This document shows, piece after piece, positions 18,847 to 27,277 of a stretch of DNA of 48,743 nucleotides. Made by a program: the position numbers and the translations under genes. This DNA comes from a virus. Taxonomy: Duplodnaviria > Caudoviricetes. Under the pieces are notes generated by a model. It saw only the letters and a list, made by a program, of their open reading frames with translations. It ran no database searches and had not been told where the DNA came from. Numbering within the stretch: the first letter of the stretch is position 1; each line of letters starts with the position of its first letter. The DNA lies in the IMG/VR virus record IMGVR_UViG_3300020120_000076, positions 1 through 48,743 of that record; one strand, given 5' to 3'.

Positions 18847-19140
18847 TTAGTCCACGGCGGCGCTCGGGACCCGAGGAGGGGTAAGGACCGCCTGGGTCGC
18901 GCCGCGGGCCCACACGGCGATCCTGGACGCAGCGGCGAGGTCGCTCGGGATGATGTTCGCCAGATCGACGATGTAGTGCCTGACGGTCCAGAGCGAGATC
19001 CCCAGGGCGTCGGCGACTTCGGCCGGCCGCTTGCCGTCAGCGAGCAACGCGGCCACGGCCCGCTCGCGCGCGGTCAGCGGGCGCTTGGTCTGGACCCGGG
19101 CGATCGTGTTGTCCCAACCGTTCGTGTTGTGCTCGCTCAT
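18847..19140 (-). CDS. LuxR/GerE-type HTH regulator (97 aa)
   Basis: LTARERAVAALLADGKRPAEVADALGISLWTVRHYI; ATG 19140 overlaps the upstream stop. Confidence 0.85.
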   Translation of the reverse strand: MSEHNTNGWDNTIARVQTKRPLTARERAVAALLADGKRPAEVADALGISLWTVRHYIVDLANIIPSDLAAASRIAVWARGATQAVLTPPRVPSAAVD

Positions 19141-19520
19141 GGCGCACCAAAGGGGTTGATCCCGGAGGCGATCATGACGGCCTCCTCGCGGAGCTCCTCG
19201 TCGGTCATGTTCATCACGCCGTTGGCCTCGTACCCCCGCCGGAGCTCGGCCATGCCGTTTCGGATCGTGTCCTCCGAGATCGCCGACTCCAGGCGCTCCT
19301 CGGGGCTCTCCGTGCGCTCGACGCGCGCGGGGCCGGGCTCGCCGCCGTAGATGGCCCGGGTCACGAGATCCCCGCCGATCGCGTGCTGCGCCGCCACGAC
19401 ATGCTCCCACCGCTTGGCCGCCGCGGTCTCGACGCGGAGGGCCATCTGCATCATGACCCAGCCGCCGGCCGTGGCACCCAGCACGAAGCCGAGCGACGCG
19501 CCCACGAGCACGAGCATCAT
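19137..19520 (-). CDS. Membrane-anchored hypothetical protein (127 aa)
   Basis: N-terminal hydrophobic helix MMLVLVGASLGFVLGATAGGWV; ATGA coupling. Confidence 0.7.
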   Translation of the reverse strand: MMLVLVGASLGFVLGATAGGWVMMQMALRVETAAAKRWEHVVAAQHAIGGDLVTRAIYGGEPGPARVERTESPEERLESAISEDTIRNGMAELRRGYEANGVMNMTDEELREEAVMIASGINPFGAP

Positions 19521-19756
19521 GGCGTCGGCCCGCCCGGGAGATCGACTGGCTTCCGCAAAGGCGACGTCAGCCAGCGCCAGAAGCGCCGGCTGGGCCGCTG
19601 GCGCTCGATGTGTACCAAGATCTGCGACAGCTCGTGTCGCGTGACGATCCGGTTGGCCTTGTCCGGGAACCGAGTGAAGTCGAAATACTCGCTCAGCCGC
19701 TCGGGGATCGGCTGGCCCCGAGCGTCCACGTAGGTCTTGCGGTCGGGAGGTTTCAC
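19517..19756 (-). CDS. Hypothetical protein (79 aa)
   Basis: Coupled overlaps at both ends. Confidence 0.7.
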   Translation of the reverse strand: MKPPDRKTYVDARGQPIPERLSEYFDFTRFPDKANRIVTRHELSQILVHIERQRPSRRFWRWLTSPLRKPVDLPGGPTP

Positions 19757-20022
19757 GCGCCCACCGTTGTCGCGCGATCGTACACCGAGACGCCGCCGTC
19801 GAGCGCCTGGAGCACCTTTCCCAGTCGCATCGACGCATCTTCGAGGTGCCGATAGGCGAGCGTGGCGTTGGCGATTGCCTCACCGTCGAGCGCGTTGGCC
19901 TTCATGTAGCCGATCTGCGTCTTGACCAGCTCGGCCGCGCTCTTCACGTCGGAGCGGCGCTGATTCGTGTCGCGGTAGACGAGCTGCGCGTCGGGGTTGG
20001 TGACCGTGGCGGGGATCTCCAT
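19753..20022 (-). CDS. Small helical-hairpin protein, possible Acb2/Tad1-like nucleotide sponge (89 aa)
   Basis: ANATLAYRHLEDASMRLGK resembles the Tad1 helix motif A..H[VL]E[ED]A.M; AGGAG RBS. Confidence 0.45.
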   Translation of the reverse strand: MEIPATVTNPDAQLVYRDTNQRRSDVKSAAELVKTQIGYMKANALDGEAIANATLAYRHLEDASMRLGKVLQALDGGVSVYDRATTVGA

Positions 20023-20024
20023 GT

Positions 20025-21557
20025 TTAGACTCCTGTAAACGCGGTGTAGGTATGCCCCTCGTCCTCGGACCCCTGGGGCTCCATCGGGGGCACGTCACGA
20101 TACTTGTGCTCGTACTCGTTGTGCAAACTCGCTTTCGAGAACGCTGATACCGGCGCATTGCGGAGATACGTGCCGATGGCGCGCTGGGGCCTGGAGGCGA
20201 CGAGCACGCGAAGGGCGTCATATCCGTCGTCGCCGCCCGCTCCAGTCTCGGGGTCGGCGTCCACCTTGAGCGAGTCCTCGGGATCCGCCGGGTCGGTCAC
20301 GATCGTCTGGAGCTGCTCGAAGAGCCAGCGGTTCCCCGGGGTGTCCATGAAGCGAAGCCAGGGCTCCTCGTCCCGGCCGCCTTCGCCAATGCCCCGCCAC
20401 GCGAGCGCGTAGCGGAGGTTGAGCAGTCCCGCCTTCCGATCGTTTGGCCCGTGGCTCAAGACGAGATCATAGTCCTCGGCGAGCAAGTGCTGGATCGTCG
20501 GGGTGTTGTCGTTGATCTCTTTCTTGGACCGGAAGGGGTAGGTGTCCGACACCGTGGTCGTGTAGCTCGGGTGTCGGATGACGTGGCCCAGCCGCCGCTC
20601 GACGCGCTCCGCGAGCTCGTGCGGCTTCTGCCGGCGGCCGCGCGCGGTGTCCATCACGGTCAAGCGGCCCTCCTCGTCCGAGGCCGCGACGGTCCAGACC
20701 CACCAGTGGGCGTAGCCGTAGTCGAAGCCACCCATGCGGGGCCAGTAGTCCGGGGGCTCGAAGGCGGGCACGATGTGAACGTGCTCATTCAACTCGTCTA
20801 ACGCCGTCCCCTCGCCCGCGTCCCAGTCGCCGTAGAGGAGCTGCTTCCTGAGCACCTCGGGCAACGTGGCGAGCTGCGCCAGGTACATCGGATCGTTGGC
20901 GTAGATCGGGTTGTCGAACACGGTGCCGGGGATGTAGCGCCGCGTGAGGATCGCGACCGCCCCATTCGGGAGCGTGACGTGCCGCCGGATGATGCGCCGG
21001 CCATCGACGCCGCACGGGACGACGAACCGGCGCTTGAACCACGCATGGCCCGCCTTCCCGGGGTTGGCCGAGCCGCGCCACATGCGAACGACCTTGGGGT
21101 TGGGGCACCGGATCTCGGCCTGGCCTAAGTCGATCGTCCGCTCCTCGGGGATGTTCCCGGCCTCGTCGGGGCCCCAGTAGGCGTACTCGTGGCCGTGGAT
21201 CTTTCGCACGTCGTCCGGGGTGCCGATCGACTCAAACACGACCTCGCTCCCGCCGGGGAAGATCCATCGCCCGTGCCCGTCGCCATTCCACGCGGGGCGG
21301 CTGGCTAGATACGGGAAAATGTTGTGCGACCGACGGCGGATCTCGGCGAGCTGGGGGCCCGTCTCGCGGGTGATGAGCGCCTTGTAGCGGGCCTTGTCCG
21401 TCTGCGTGACCGCACCCATCAAGATCAAGTCCGTCTTGCCCGGGCCTTTCGCGCCCCCGAGAGCGACCTCAAACTCGCGGGCCGCGAGCGCGCGCGTCTG
21501 CATCCCGGGGAAGGGGATCCATGCCGGCGTGTAGTCGAGCGCGTACGCGGCGCTCAC
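20025..21557 (-). CDS. terL: Terminase large subunit (510 aa)
   Basis: Walker A GGAKGPGKT, Walker B YWGPDEAG, SANPG, DNP, nuclease GFDYGY and DDGYDALR motifs; GTG start overlapping the upstream TGA. Confidence 0.95.
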   Translation of the reverse strand: MSAAYALDYTPAWIPFPGMQTRALAAREFEVALGGAKGPGKTDLILMGAVTQTDKARYKALITRETGPQLAEIRRRSHNIFPYLASRPAWNGDGHGRWIFPGGSEVVFESIGTPDDVRKIHGHEYAYWGPDEAGNIPEERTIDLGQAEIRCPNPKVVRMWRGSANPGKAGHAWFKRRFVVPCGVDGRRIIRRHVTLPNGAVAILTRRYIPGTVFDNPIYANDPMYLAQLATLPEVLRKQLLYGDWDAGEGTALDELNEHVHIVPAFEPPDYWPRMGGFDYGYAHWWVWTVAASDEEGRLTVMDTARGRRQKPHELAERVERRLGHVIRHPSYTTTVSDTYPFRSKKEINDNTPTIQHLLAEDYDLVLSHGPNDRKAGLLNLRYALAWRGIGEGGRDEEPWLRFMDTPGNRWLFEQLQTIVTDPADPEDSLKVDADPETGAGGDDGYDALRVLVASRPQRAIGTYLRNAPVSAFSKASLHNEYEHKYRDVPPMEPQGSEDEGHTYTAFTGV

Positions 21558-21859
21558 TGGCCCTCGAACCGCCCGAACCGCCGCGCGAGGAACGACGACT
21601 CGACGTCGTCCGGGATCTCGCGCTCGGGCGGGAGCTCGTCGTGTAGAGCGGGCGGCGGCGTGGTCAGCTCGCGAACGCCTCCGGTTAAGCGGATGCGCTT
21701 GATTGCCTCGCCGAGCGCCTCGCGCGCGATGGCGTTCCACGGATCGCGCGGCGGTGAGCCGTCGAGCATGTCCTCGATCACGGCGATGCACTTCTCTCGC
21801 TCGCGTCGCTTCGCGATGACCAGCGTTTTCGCGAGGTGCTCCGGGGTCATCTCAGGCAT
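21554..21859 (-). CDS. Hypothetical protein (101 aa)
   Basis: MPEMTPEHLAK...EREKCIAVIE, a common phage small-protein motif; coupled to terL. Confidence 0.7.
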   Translation of the reverse strand: MPEMTPEHLAKTLVIAKRREREKCIAVIEDMLDGSPPRDPWNAIAREALGEAIKRIRLTGGVRELTTPPPALHDELPPEREIPDDVESSFLARRFGRFEGQ

Positions 21860-22424
21860 GGCCCACTCGTCCGCGCGGGATGGTGACCGTTTCGAGCGAC
21901 GTCGTGATCTGCGCGCCGACGATGCCGACCCGAGCGGCGAGCTCGACGAGTTGCAACTCGACACGCAAGCGCACCGGGGTCCGGAGTTTCATCACCGCCG
22001 CGTTGGCCGTGTACCACTTGAGCGTCTCGACCACGGCCTCGCGCATGGTCAGCGGCCCGTTGATCTTCTGCCCCGCGCCGACCCAGTCGCAGACCATTTC
22101 GTCGACCACCACGGGCGGGATCAAGAGCACGAGCTGCTTGCCGTCGTCCTGCTGGAGCAACCAATGCTGCCAGTGGTGCGGGTTGCGGTGGATGTGCTTG
22201 AGCCAGGCGATCTCGAAGGGGTGACGGGCATCCGACCGCTGGCCGGGCACGCCGTAGAACATCGCCACGTACGGCCGCCACTCGCCCGGACGAAACTTCG
22301 AGAGATCGTGGACGAGGAGCCGAAGTACCCACGCGGGCCGCCAGCCGTTGAGCAGGAGGCCCGCGCGCAACACGTACCACTTGTGCCGGAGGACGTAGCG
22401 GAGGTACGAAAGGTGGGCGCTCAT
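21852..22424 (-). CDS. DUF5662-like HD-fold protein (190 aa)
   Basis: RHKWYV...HDLSKF...AWLKHIHRNPHHWQHW...EMVCDW motif set; GGAGG RBS. Confidence 0.8.
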   Translation of the reverse strand: MSAHLSYLRYVLRHKWYVLRAGLLLNGWRPAWVLRLLVHDLSKFRPGEWRPYVAMFYGVPGQRSDARHPFEIAWLKHIHRNPHHWQHWLLQQDDGKQLVLLIPPVVVDEMVCDWVGAGQKINGPLTMREAVVETLKWYTANAAVMKLRTPVRLRVELQLVELAARVGIVGAQITTSLETVTIPRGRVGHA

Positions 22425-22924
22425 GCGCCTCCCTCCGTGGTCCCATCGGGGCGCGCAACGGATGTCAATCCGCAGTCGCATCGTCCGCCATCATTCGCAC
22501 CGCACTCGGGGGCGTGATTCGTCAGCAACGTTTCCCCTGACTTGTTCGTGAGAAGATGTTTGAACGTCCGCACTTCATTCTGTGACTCATCGGGGCGGAT
22601 TGGCTCCGAGACCCGAGCGGCGTCGATTGCAGCGCGTAGCGACGAATAGCCTTTGCTCTTATGCGTCCACTTCGCGTCGACGACGTGGCCGCGCCCGAGA
22701 CCCAAGACGCCGTCCGTGAACACGCCGACGCTGACGGACATTTTCAGGCAATCGCGATCCATCCAATCGAGTCGCGCGGAATCTTTCTGTGCTTCGTCTC
22801 GTTGCGCTCTCGTGGTGGCGAGTTCGGCTCGGAGTGCCTCAATGGTCTCGGATTGCGATAGCACGACGCGCGAAAACGCTCGGCAGACTCTGCATGAGTA
22901 TTCCACCGTTGGATCGGGCGTCAT
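22421..22924 (-). CDS. Accessory hypothetical protein (167 aa), Cys-containing
   Basis: CxxC, a coiled coil, ARLDW...LRAAIDAA and HxxxC...CDCG motifs; more AT-rich codons than its neighbours. Confidence 0.7.
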   Translation of the reverse strand: MTPDPTVEYSCRVCRAFSRVVLSQSETIEALRAELATTRAQRDEAQKDSARLDWMDRDCLKMSVSVGVFTDGVLGLGRGHVVDAKWTHKSKGYSSLRAAIDAARVSEPIRPDESQNEVRTFKHLLTNKSGETLLTNHAPECGANDGGRCDCGLTSVARPDGTTEGGA

Positions 22925-22959
22925 TTCGGGGTCCTCGGGATGGACTGAGAGACGGCCGC

Positions 22960-23103
22960 TCACAGCTTGAACTGCCCGAGCGTCACCGCGGCCAAGATGG
23001 CGACGACGCACGCGGCCAGGAGATCGACGTTGCGTGGCCGGAGCACGAAGTAGAGGATCACGAGCAACCACGCGACGACGAGCAACACGAGTGACACGGT
23101 CAT
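22960..23103 (-). CDS. Small two-TM membrane protein (47 aa)
   Basis: MTVSLVLLVVAWLLVILYFVLRPRNVDLLAACVVAILAAVTLGQFKL; ATGA coupling. Confidence 0.65.
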   Translation of the reverse strand: MTVSLVLLVVAWLLVILYFVLRPRNVDLLAACVVAILAAVTLGQFKL

Positions 23104-23303
23104 GAGAAGTCCCCCCGATCGAGGCGACGGGCCGCGCGCTGGAACTCGGCCGTCCATTGTGGGTCGTGCCGCATATCCAGCTCCCGGTGAAAGACGCGGT
23201 ACCGCGCGTGCCAGATCGCCCACTCGGCGAAGAGGCCGCCTATGACGCCCGCTAGAATAGCGACCACGCCCCACAATAGCCAGAGGACGATGACACGGAG
23301 CAT
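23100..23303 (-). CDS. Small membrane protein (67 aa)
   Basis: N-terminal TM helix. Confidence 0.65.
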   Translation of the reverse strand: MLRVIVLWLLWGVVAILAGVIGGLFAEWAIWHARYRVFHRELDMRHDPQWTAEFQRAARRLDRGDFS

Positions 23304-23404
23304 CGGCTAGGGAGCCGGTTCGTACGGGCGTGGGATGAATCGCCGCCAGCTAGCGCGTCGCAACCGCGTGTCCGTTCGGTGGGCCAACTCCCTAGTCGAC
23401 ACCC

Positions 23405-23620
23405 CTAGTAATCCGTGTCGGGCTCCCGATCCGGCCGGCGCTCCAGCTTCTCGCCGATCGCCTTGCCGATGCCGCCCACGCGCTTGAGCCGGGGGTTGGC
23501 CCGCTTGGCGGCGGGGCTTGCCTTCCGCGCGGCGGCGGCCACGACTGCGCCCGCGTTTCGGATCCCGGGCTCCCGGGCAACCTTGGCTTCGACAGCGGCG
23601 AATCCTGGATGGGCCTTCAT
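23405..23620 (-). CDS. Small basic protein (71 aa)
   Basis: MKAHPGFAAVEAKVARE...ARKASPAAKRANPRLKRV; GGAG RBS, ATGA coupling. Confidence 0.7.
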   Translation of the reverse strand: MKAHPGFAAVEAKVAREPGIRNAGAVVAAAARKASPAAKRANPRLKRVGGIGKAIGEKLERRPDREPDTDY

Positions 23621-23829
23621 GTGCGGCTCCGTTTGAGAGTGTCGCCCAGCGCGCGGCCGATCGAGTGCGGCCGACGGTGACGCGGGGCGGGTGGGACGTC
23701 TTTGCCGGCGCGGCGGTCCTCGGAGAACCCGATCGCCAACGCCTGCTTCTGGCTCGTCACCTTTTGGCCCGAGCTCGACCGAAGCGTGCCGTGCTTCCAC
23801 TCGTCGAGGGTTGCCTGGAGTCCTGGCAT
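23617..23829 (-). CDS. DUF6496-like small basic protein (70 aa)
   Basis: EWKHGTLRSSSGQKVTSQKQALAIGFSE matches the remembered family motif. Confidence 0.75.
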   Translation of the reverse strand: MPGLQATLDEWKHGTLRSSSGQKVTSQKQALAIGFSEDRRAGKDVPPAPRHRRPHSIGRALGDTLKRSRT

Positions 23830-24617
23830 CACTTCCTCCCGTTGGTGGGGCGTGGGGTCACGGGCTTGGGGATTCCCTCGACCGGCCGGCGCGCGTGGCG
23901 GCGGGCGAGAATCTCCTGCTCTTTGGTGCGGGGCGCAATGGCGGGGTCGACTGACGGTTGAGCGTCGGGGTCGTCGGCCATGAGCTCGCGCGGGGTCTCG
24001 TCGACATCGACGTACTCGTACCCCGGGAGCTCCTCCATCGGCACGTCGGGCGAGCTCGACTCGGCGATCCGCTTCATGGCGTCGTCGCGGATTACGCGGC
24101 CCTCCACGAGCCCGGCCTCGGGCATGAAGATCACCGAGGGCCGTGCGGCCTCGTCGGCTGGCTTCTCGCCAAAGTCGCGCGGCGCGATCTTCGAGGTGAG
24201 CCACTTGCGCGTGTCCACACGGAGCCGATCGCGCTGGACCTGCATCTGCGTGAGCGCGGCCAGGACCCGCTCTTTGCTCTCCTCGTCCACACCCTGGATA
24301 TACTCGACCATCGCCTGCACTTCGCTCTTCGATTGCTCGTCGCGGCCGTCCGAGATCTCGATCGCATGTTCCGCCATCGCATGGGCCTGGAGCCGTCTAG
24401 CGCGGGCGTAGGCGTCAGATAGCGAGCGATCGGCCTCGGTCCATTTGTGCAACGAATCCCGAGAGATGCCGACACGAGCGCACGCATCTTTGACTAGGTT
24501 GCCCTTCGCGATGTCGTCGAAGATGGCCCAACAGATCTCCGCGCGTTGCTCCGGGGTGTAGCCGCCGTCGAAGGTGGACCGGGGGACAACGGCGTAGGAG
24601 CCCGCGTAGAGTGGCAC
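23829..24617 (-). CDS. terS: Terminase small subunit (Sf6/P22-like), 262 aa with a long C-terminal extension
   Basis: N-terminal HTH, YARAR...AMAE...EISD, RDRLRVDTRKWLTSKIAPRDFGEK. Confidence 0.88.
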   Translation of the reverse strand: MPLYAGSYAVVPRSTFDGGYTPEQRAEICWAIFDDIAKGNLVKDACARVGISRDSLHKWTEADRSLSDAYARARRLQAHAMAEHAIEISDGRDEQSKSEVQAMVEYIQGVDEESKERVLAALTQMQVQRDRLRVDTRKWLTSKIAPRDFGEKPADEAARPSVIFMPEAGLVEGRVIRDDAMKRIAESSSPDVPMEELPGYEYVDVDETPRELMADDPDAQPSVDPAIAPRTKEQEILARRHARRPVEGIPKPVTPRPTNGRK

Positions 24618-24619
24618 GC

Positions 24620-24838
24620 TTACCCCGCCCGCCGGATCGAGGTCTCGACGGCCACGATCGGCCGCGGCTCCCCGAGCACGGCCGCCTCAAGCCCGTCCTG
24701 GGCATCGCTCAACGTGCGCTCGATCTCACGGAACGCCTCGGGCACCGGCAGCAAGCGCACCGAGCGCGGGAAGGCGACCGTCAGGTGGATCTCTCCCTGG
24801 TCGGTGACGCGGATGTGCATGGCGCGGCGGGTCAACAT
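24620..24838 (-). CDS. Hypothetical protein (72 aa), first gene of the leftward packaging/structural transcript
   Basis: GGGAG RBS before ATG 24838, just downstream of the leftward promoter. Confidence 0.65.
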   Translation of the reverse strand: MLTRRAMHIRVTDQGEIHLTVAFPRSVRLLPVPEAFREIERTLSDAQDGLEAAVLGEPRPIVAVETSIRRAG

Positions 24839-24874
24839 GGCTGGCTCCCGGTCGTGCAACAGTGAACGGCGGCT

Positions 24875-24903
24875 AAGATAGCGGTCGGCCGGCCCAACCG
24901 CAA
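24875..24903 (-). promoter_or_regulatory. Leftward sigma70-type promoter TTGCGG-N17-TATCTT
   Basis: Exact 17-nt spacer, about 35 nt upstream of the first leftward gene. Confidence 0.65.
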
Positions 24904-24922
24904 ACCTGGTTCCACTTTACCA

Positions 24923-24951
24923 TTGACACCGGACATTCCGCCCGGTAAGAT
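24923..24951 (+). promoter_or_regulatory. Rightward early sigma70 promoter TTGACA-N17-TAAGAT
   Basis: Consensus -35, 17-nt spacer; 5' hairpin GCGGGCA-AAC-TGCCCGC at 24959-24975. Confidence 0.85.
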
Positions 24952-25008
24952 TAACGTAGCGGGCAAACTGCCCGCCGACAGACCATACCCAACACGGAGA
25001 GTCGCACC

Positions 25009-26130
25009 ATGTCACACGAGATCGAGCACCGCGCGGACGGCCAGGACAGTTTCTTCGAGATCGGCCGGATCAAATCGGCCTGGCACAACCTGGGTGAGCT
25101 GTGGGCCCAGCGCCCCAAGACGATCGAGGAGATGTTCGAGCGCGCGCCGTGGCTCAACTACCCGGTCGTGAAGAGCCCGACCACGATCACCATGACCGCG
25201 CCCGATGGGTCGACCTACGAGAAGCAGTCGGCCAAGGCGTTCGTCACGCTCCGCACCGACACCAACGAGGAGCTCGGCGCGGTCGGTCCCGACTACTCGC
25301 CCGTCCAGAACATCGACGCCTTCCGCGCGACGATCGGCCCGATGGTCGAGGCCGGGGTGATCCAGGTCGAGACGGGCGGCGTCTTGCGGGACGGCGCGGA
25401 TGCGTGGGTCCTCGGCTCGTTCGACGTCGCCCAGTTCGGGCCCGTCGTTCAAGAGGTGTTCCCCGGCGAGATCGTCCCCTACGCCCTGGTCGCGGTCAAC
25501 CACTCGGGCCGGCGCAAGAACCGGATCCAGTTGACCCCGATCCGCGTGGTCTGCGCGAACACCCTGGGCGCGGCGGAAAGCGCCTCCGAGATTGACGTCG
25601 CTCGCTCGATCGAAGTCGCGCACCGCGGCGACGCCGAGGCCAAGATGGTCGAAGCGGCCGAGCAGCTCTTCGGCGGCATCATCGAGAAGTACGAGGTCAT
25701 CGCCAAGCAGTACCGGCTCTTGAAGCACACGTTTGTCACCAACGACGCCTTCCGCGCCCTGGTGATCGTCCCAACGATCGGCATCCACCCCACCCAGCGC
25801 GACTCGTTCAACCCCGAGGCCAAGCTGGCCGAGCGCACGATCGAGCGGTACGAACGCCGCCGCGACACGATCACCGACCTCTGGCGCTCGGGCGCGGGGC
25901 ACACGGGCGACGACTCCGCGTGGGAAGCCTACAACGGCGTCGTCGAAGCGATCGACCACAACGAGGATCTCTTCCCGGCCCGCTCGGGCGTCTATCGCCT
26001 GGGTTCGCTCCTCGACGGCGAGCTCCGCGAGAAGAAACAGCGCGCCCTGGTCAACCTCGTGGACTACGCCACGGCCCCGGCAGACGCGCTGGACTACTGG
26101 AAAGACTCAGACCTCACGTACGCCAAGTAA
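25009..26130 (+). CDS. DUF932/DUF945 (phage/plasmid-like TIGR03299-type) protein, 373 aa
   Basis: MSHEIE...AWHNLG...YSPVQN...ETGGVLRDG...NHSG...TPIRVVCANT...AWEAYNGV. Confidence 0.88.
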   Translation: MSHEIEHRADGQDSFFEIGRIKSAWHNLGELWAQRPKTIEEMFERAPWLNYPVVKSPTTITMTAPDGSTYEKQSAKAFVTLRTDTNEELGAVGPDYSPVQNIDAFRATIGPMVEAGVIQVETGGVLRDGADAWVLGSFDVAQFGPVVQEVFPGEIVPYALVAVNHSGRRKNRIQLTPIRVVCANTLGAAESASEIDVARSIEVAHRGDAEAKMVEAAEQLFGGIIEKYEVIAKQYRLLKHTFVTNDAFRALVIVPTIGIHPTQRDSFNPEAKLAERTIERYERRRDTITDLWRSGAGHTGDDSAWEAYNGVVEAIDHNEDLFPARSGVYRLGSLLDGELREKKQRALVNLVDYATAPADALDYWKDSDLTYAK

Positions 26131-26232
26131 CTCGTTGCAGAGGGCACGCCCGCGCCACGGCGAGGGCGTGTAATGCACGGGGGCCGTCCCAAGTCGGCCC
26201 TGGTTGGTTCACCCGCAACACGGGAGGATGGA

Positions 26233-26400
26233 ATGACCCGCAAAGAGCGCGAGCGCGAGGCGTACCTCAAGCGCGAGTCGGCGCGCCGCGCAGAGGAGGA
26301 AGAGCAACGCTCGCTCCGGCGCGCCAACGCGCTCGATCGCTATGCCCGGCGACTGGACGAAACTGGTCGCGATTCCGACGAGGAGTTTGGAGACGAGTAG
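26233..26400 (+). CDS. Small highly charged early protein (55 aa)
   Basis: GGAGG RBS; MTRKEREREAYLKRE...DSDEEFGDE. Confidence 0.65.
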   Translation: MTRKEREREAYLKRESARRAEEEEQRSLRRANALDRYARRLDETGRDSDEEFGDE

Positions 26401-26435
26401 TTCACCGCACCACCACTTGCAACACGGAGACAGAC

Positions 26436-26546
26436 ATGCTCTACCGAGATGGATTCATCCGCCGGCTCCTCCGCGCCTTGGCGTGGATGCGCTGGCACCG
26501 AGACCGGCGCGCGGCGCTGGCTCGCCTGCGGGGGTCGGTGCGATGA
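26436..26546 (+). CDS. Small Arg-rich early peptide (36 aa)
   Basis: GGAG RBS; its stop overlaps the next ATG (ATGA). Confidence 0.6.
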   Translation: MLYRDGFIRRLLRALAWMRWHRDRRAALARLRGSVR

Positions 26547-27277
26547 CCCCGCTCTACAACCGCAAGGGCGCGATCGTCGAGCGCGTCCGGAACGATAAGA
26601 CGCGGCGCGAGGGCGTGGTGCGTCTCGACAAGAGCTCCATGACGTTCTTTGCGCGCGTGCCCGATAACGCTGCCGCGCACGACAGACCGGCGATGATGGA
26701 GTCGAAGGACGGGAGCGAGGTGGCGCGTTGGCTGCGCGAGCAGTTGGCGAAGTCGACCGCCTCCGAGCTCTTGACCTGGCTCCCGGTCGTTGAGGTGTCC
26801 GTGAGCGAGCCGGGCTATTACTACGGTCGCGATCGGTCGGCGACGCGCGCTGGCTTCGAGGTCACGCTCGCGCGGTTCTATCTGGCGCTTACGGCCGACA
26901 AGTCCGAATGGGTCCGCCTGTCGTGGGAGGAGGCCGACGCGGAGAGCGTGGCGGCGCTCCGTCCGGAGGATCGAGTCGCGAGCTCCAAGAAGTTCCGCGC
27001 CGGCCCAGGCAACGCGAAGGCGACGGAGACGCGGACGGCGTACGGCGACAAGATTATGCGCGCCCTTCCGTTTTTCGACAACGGCACCAATTACCTCCCG
27101 CACTCGGTCGAGCTGTGGGCCGGCCTGGTGCAAATCGTTGAGACCGTCAACGCGGCCGAGGCCCACATTCGACACCTAGTCGGCACCAAGGCTGGCCTCG
27201 CCCAGCTCCTCGACGACGGCGTGAAGCGGCTGGCCGCGGGCCCGGTGCCCACAACAAGCGGGGAGGACGACGAATGA
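26543..27277 (+). CDS. Hypothetical early protein (244 aa)
   Basis: Coupled start at 26543 (MTPLYNRKG...). Confidence 0.75.
   Translation: MTPLYNRKGAIVERVRNDKTRREGVVRLDKSSMTFFARVPDNAAAHDRPAMMESKDGSEVARWLREQLAKSTASELLTWLPVVEVSVSEPGYYYGRDRSATRAGFEVTLARFYLALTADKSEWVRLSWEEADAESVAALRPEDRVASSKKFRAGPGNAKATETRTAYGDKIMRALPFFDNGTNYLPHSVELWAGLVQIVETVNAAEAHIRHLVGTKAGLAQLLDDGVKRLAAGPVPTTSGEDDE

Noticed and set aside
23303-23399. tRNA gene
   Set aside because: The GGTTCG-like loop is at the wrong end and there is no proper D/anticodon arm or CCA; kept only as an unknown structured RNA.
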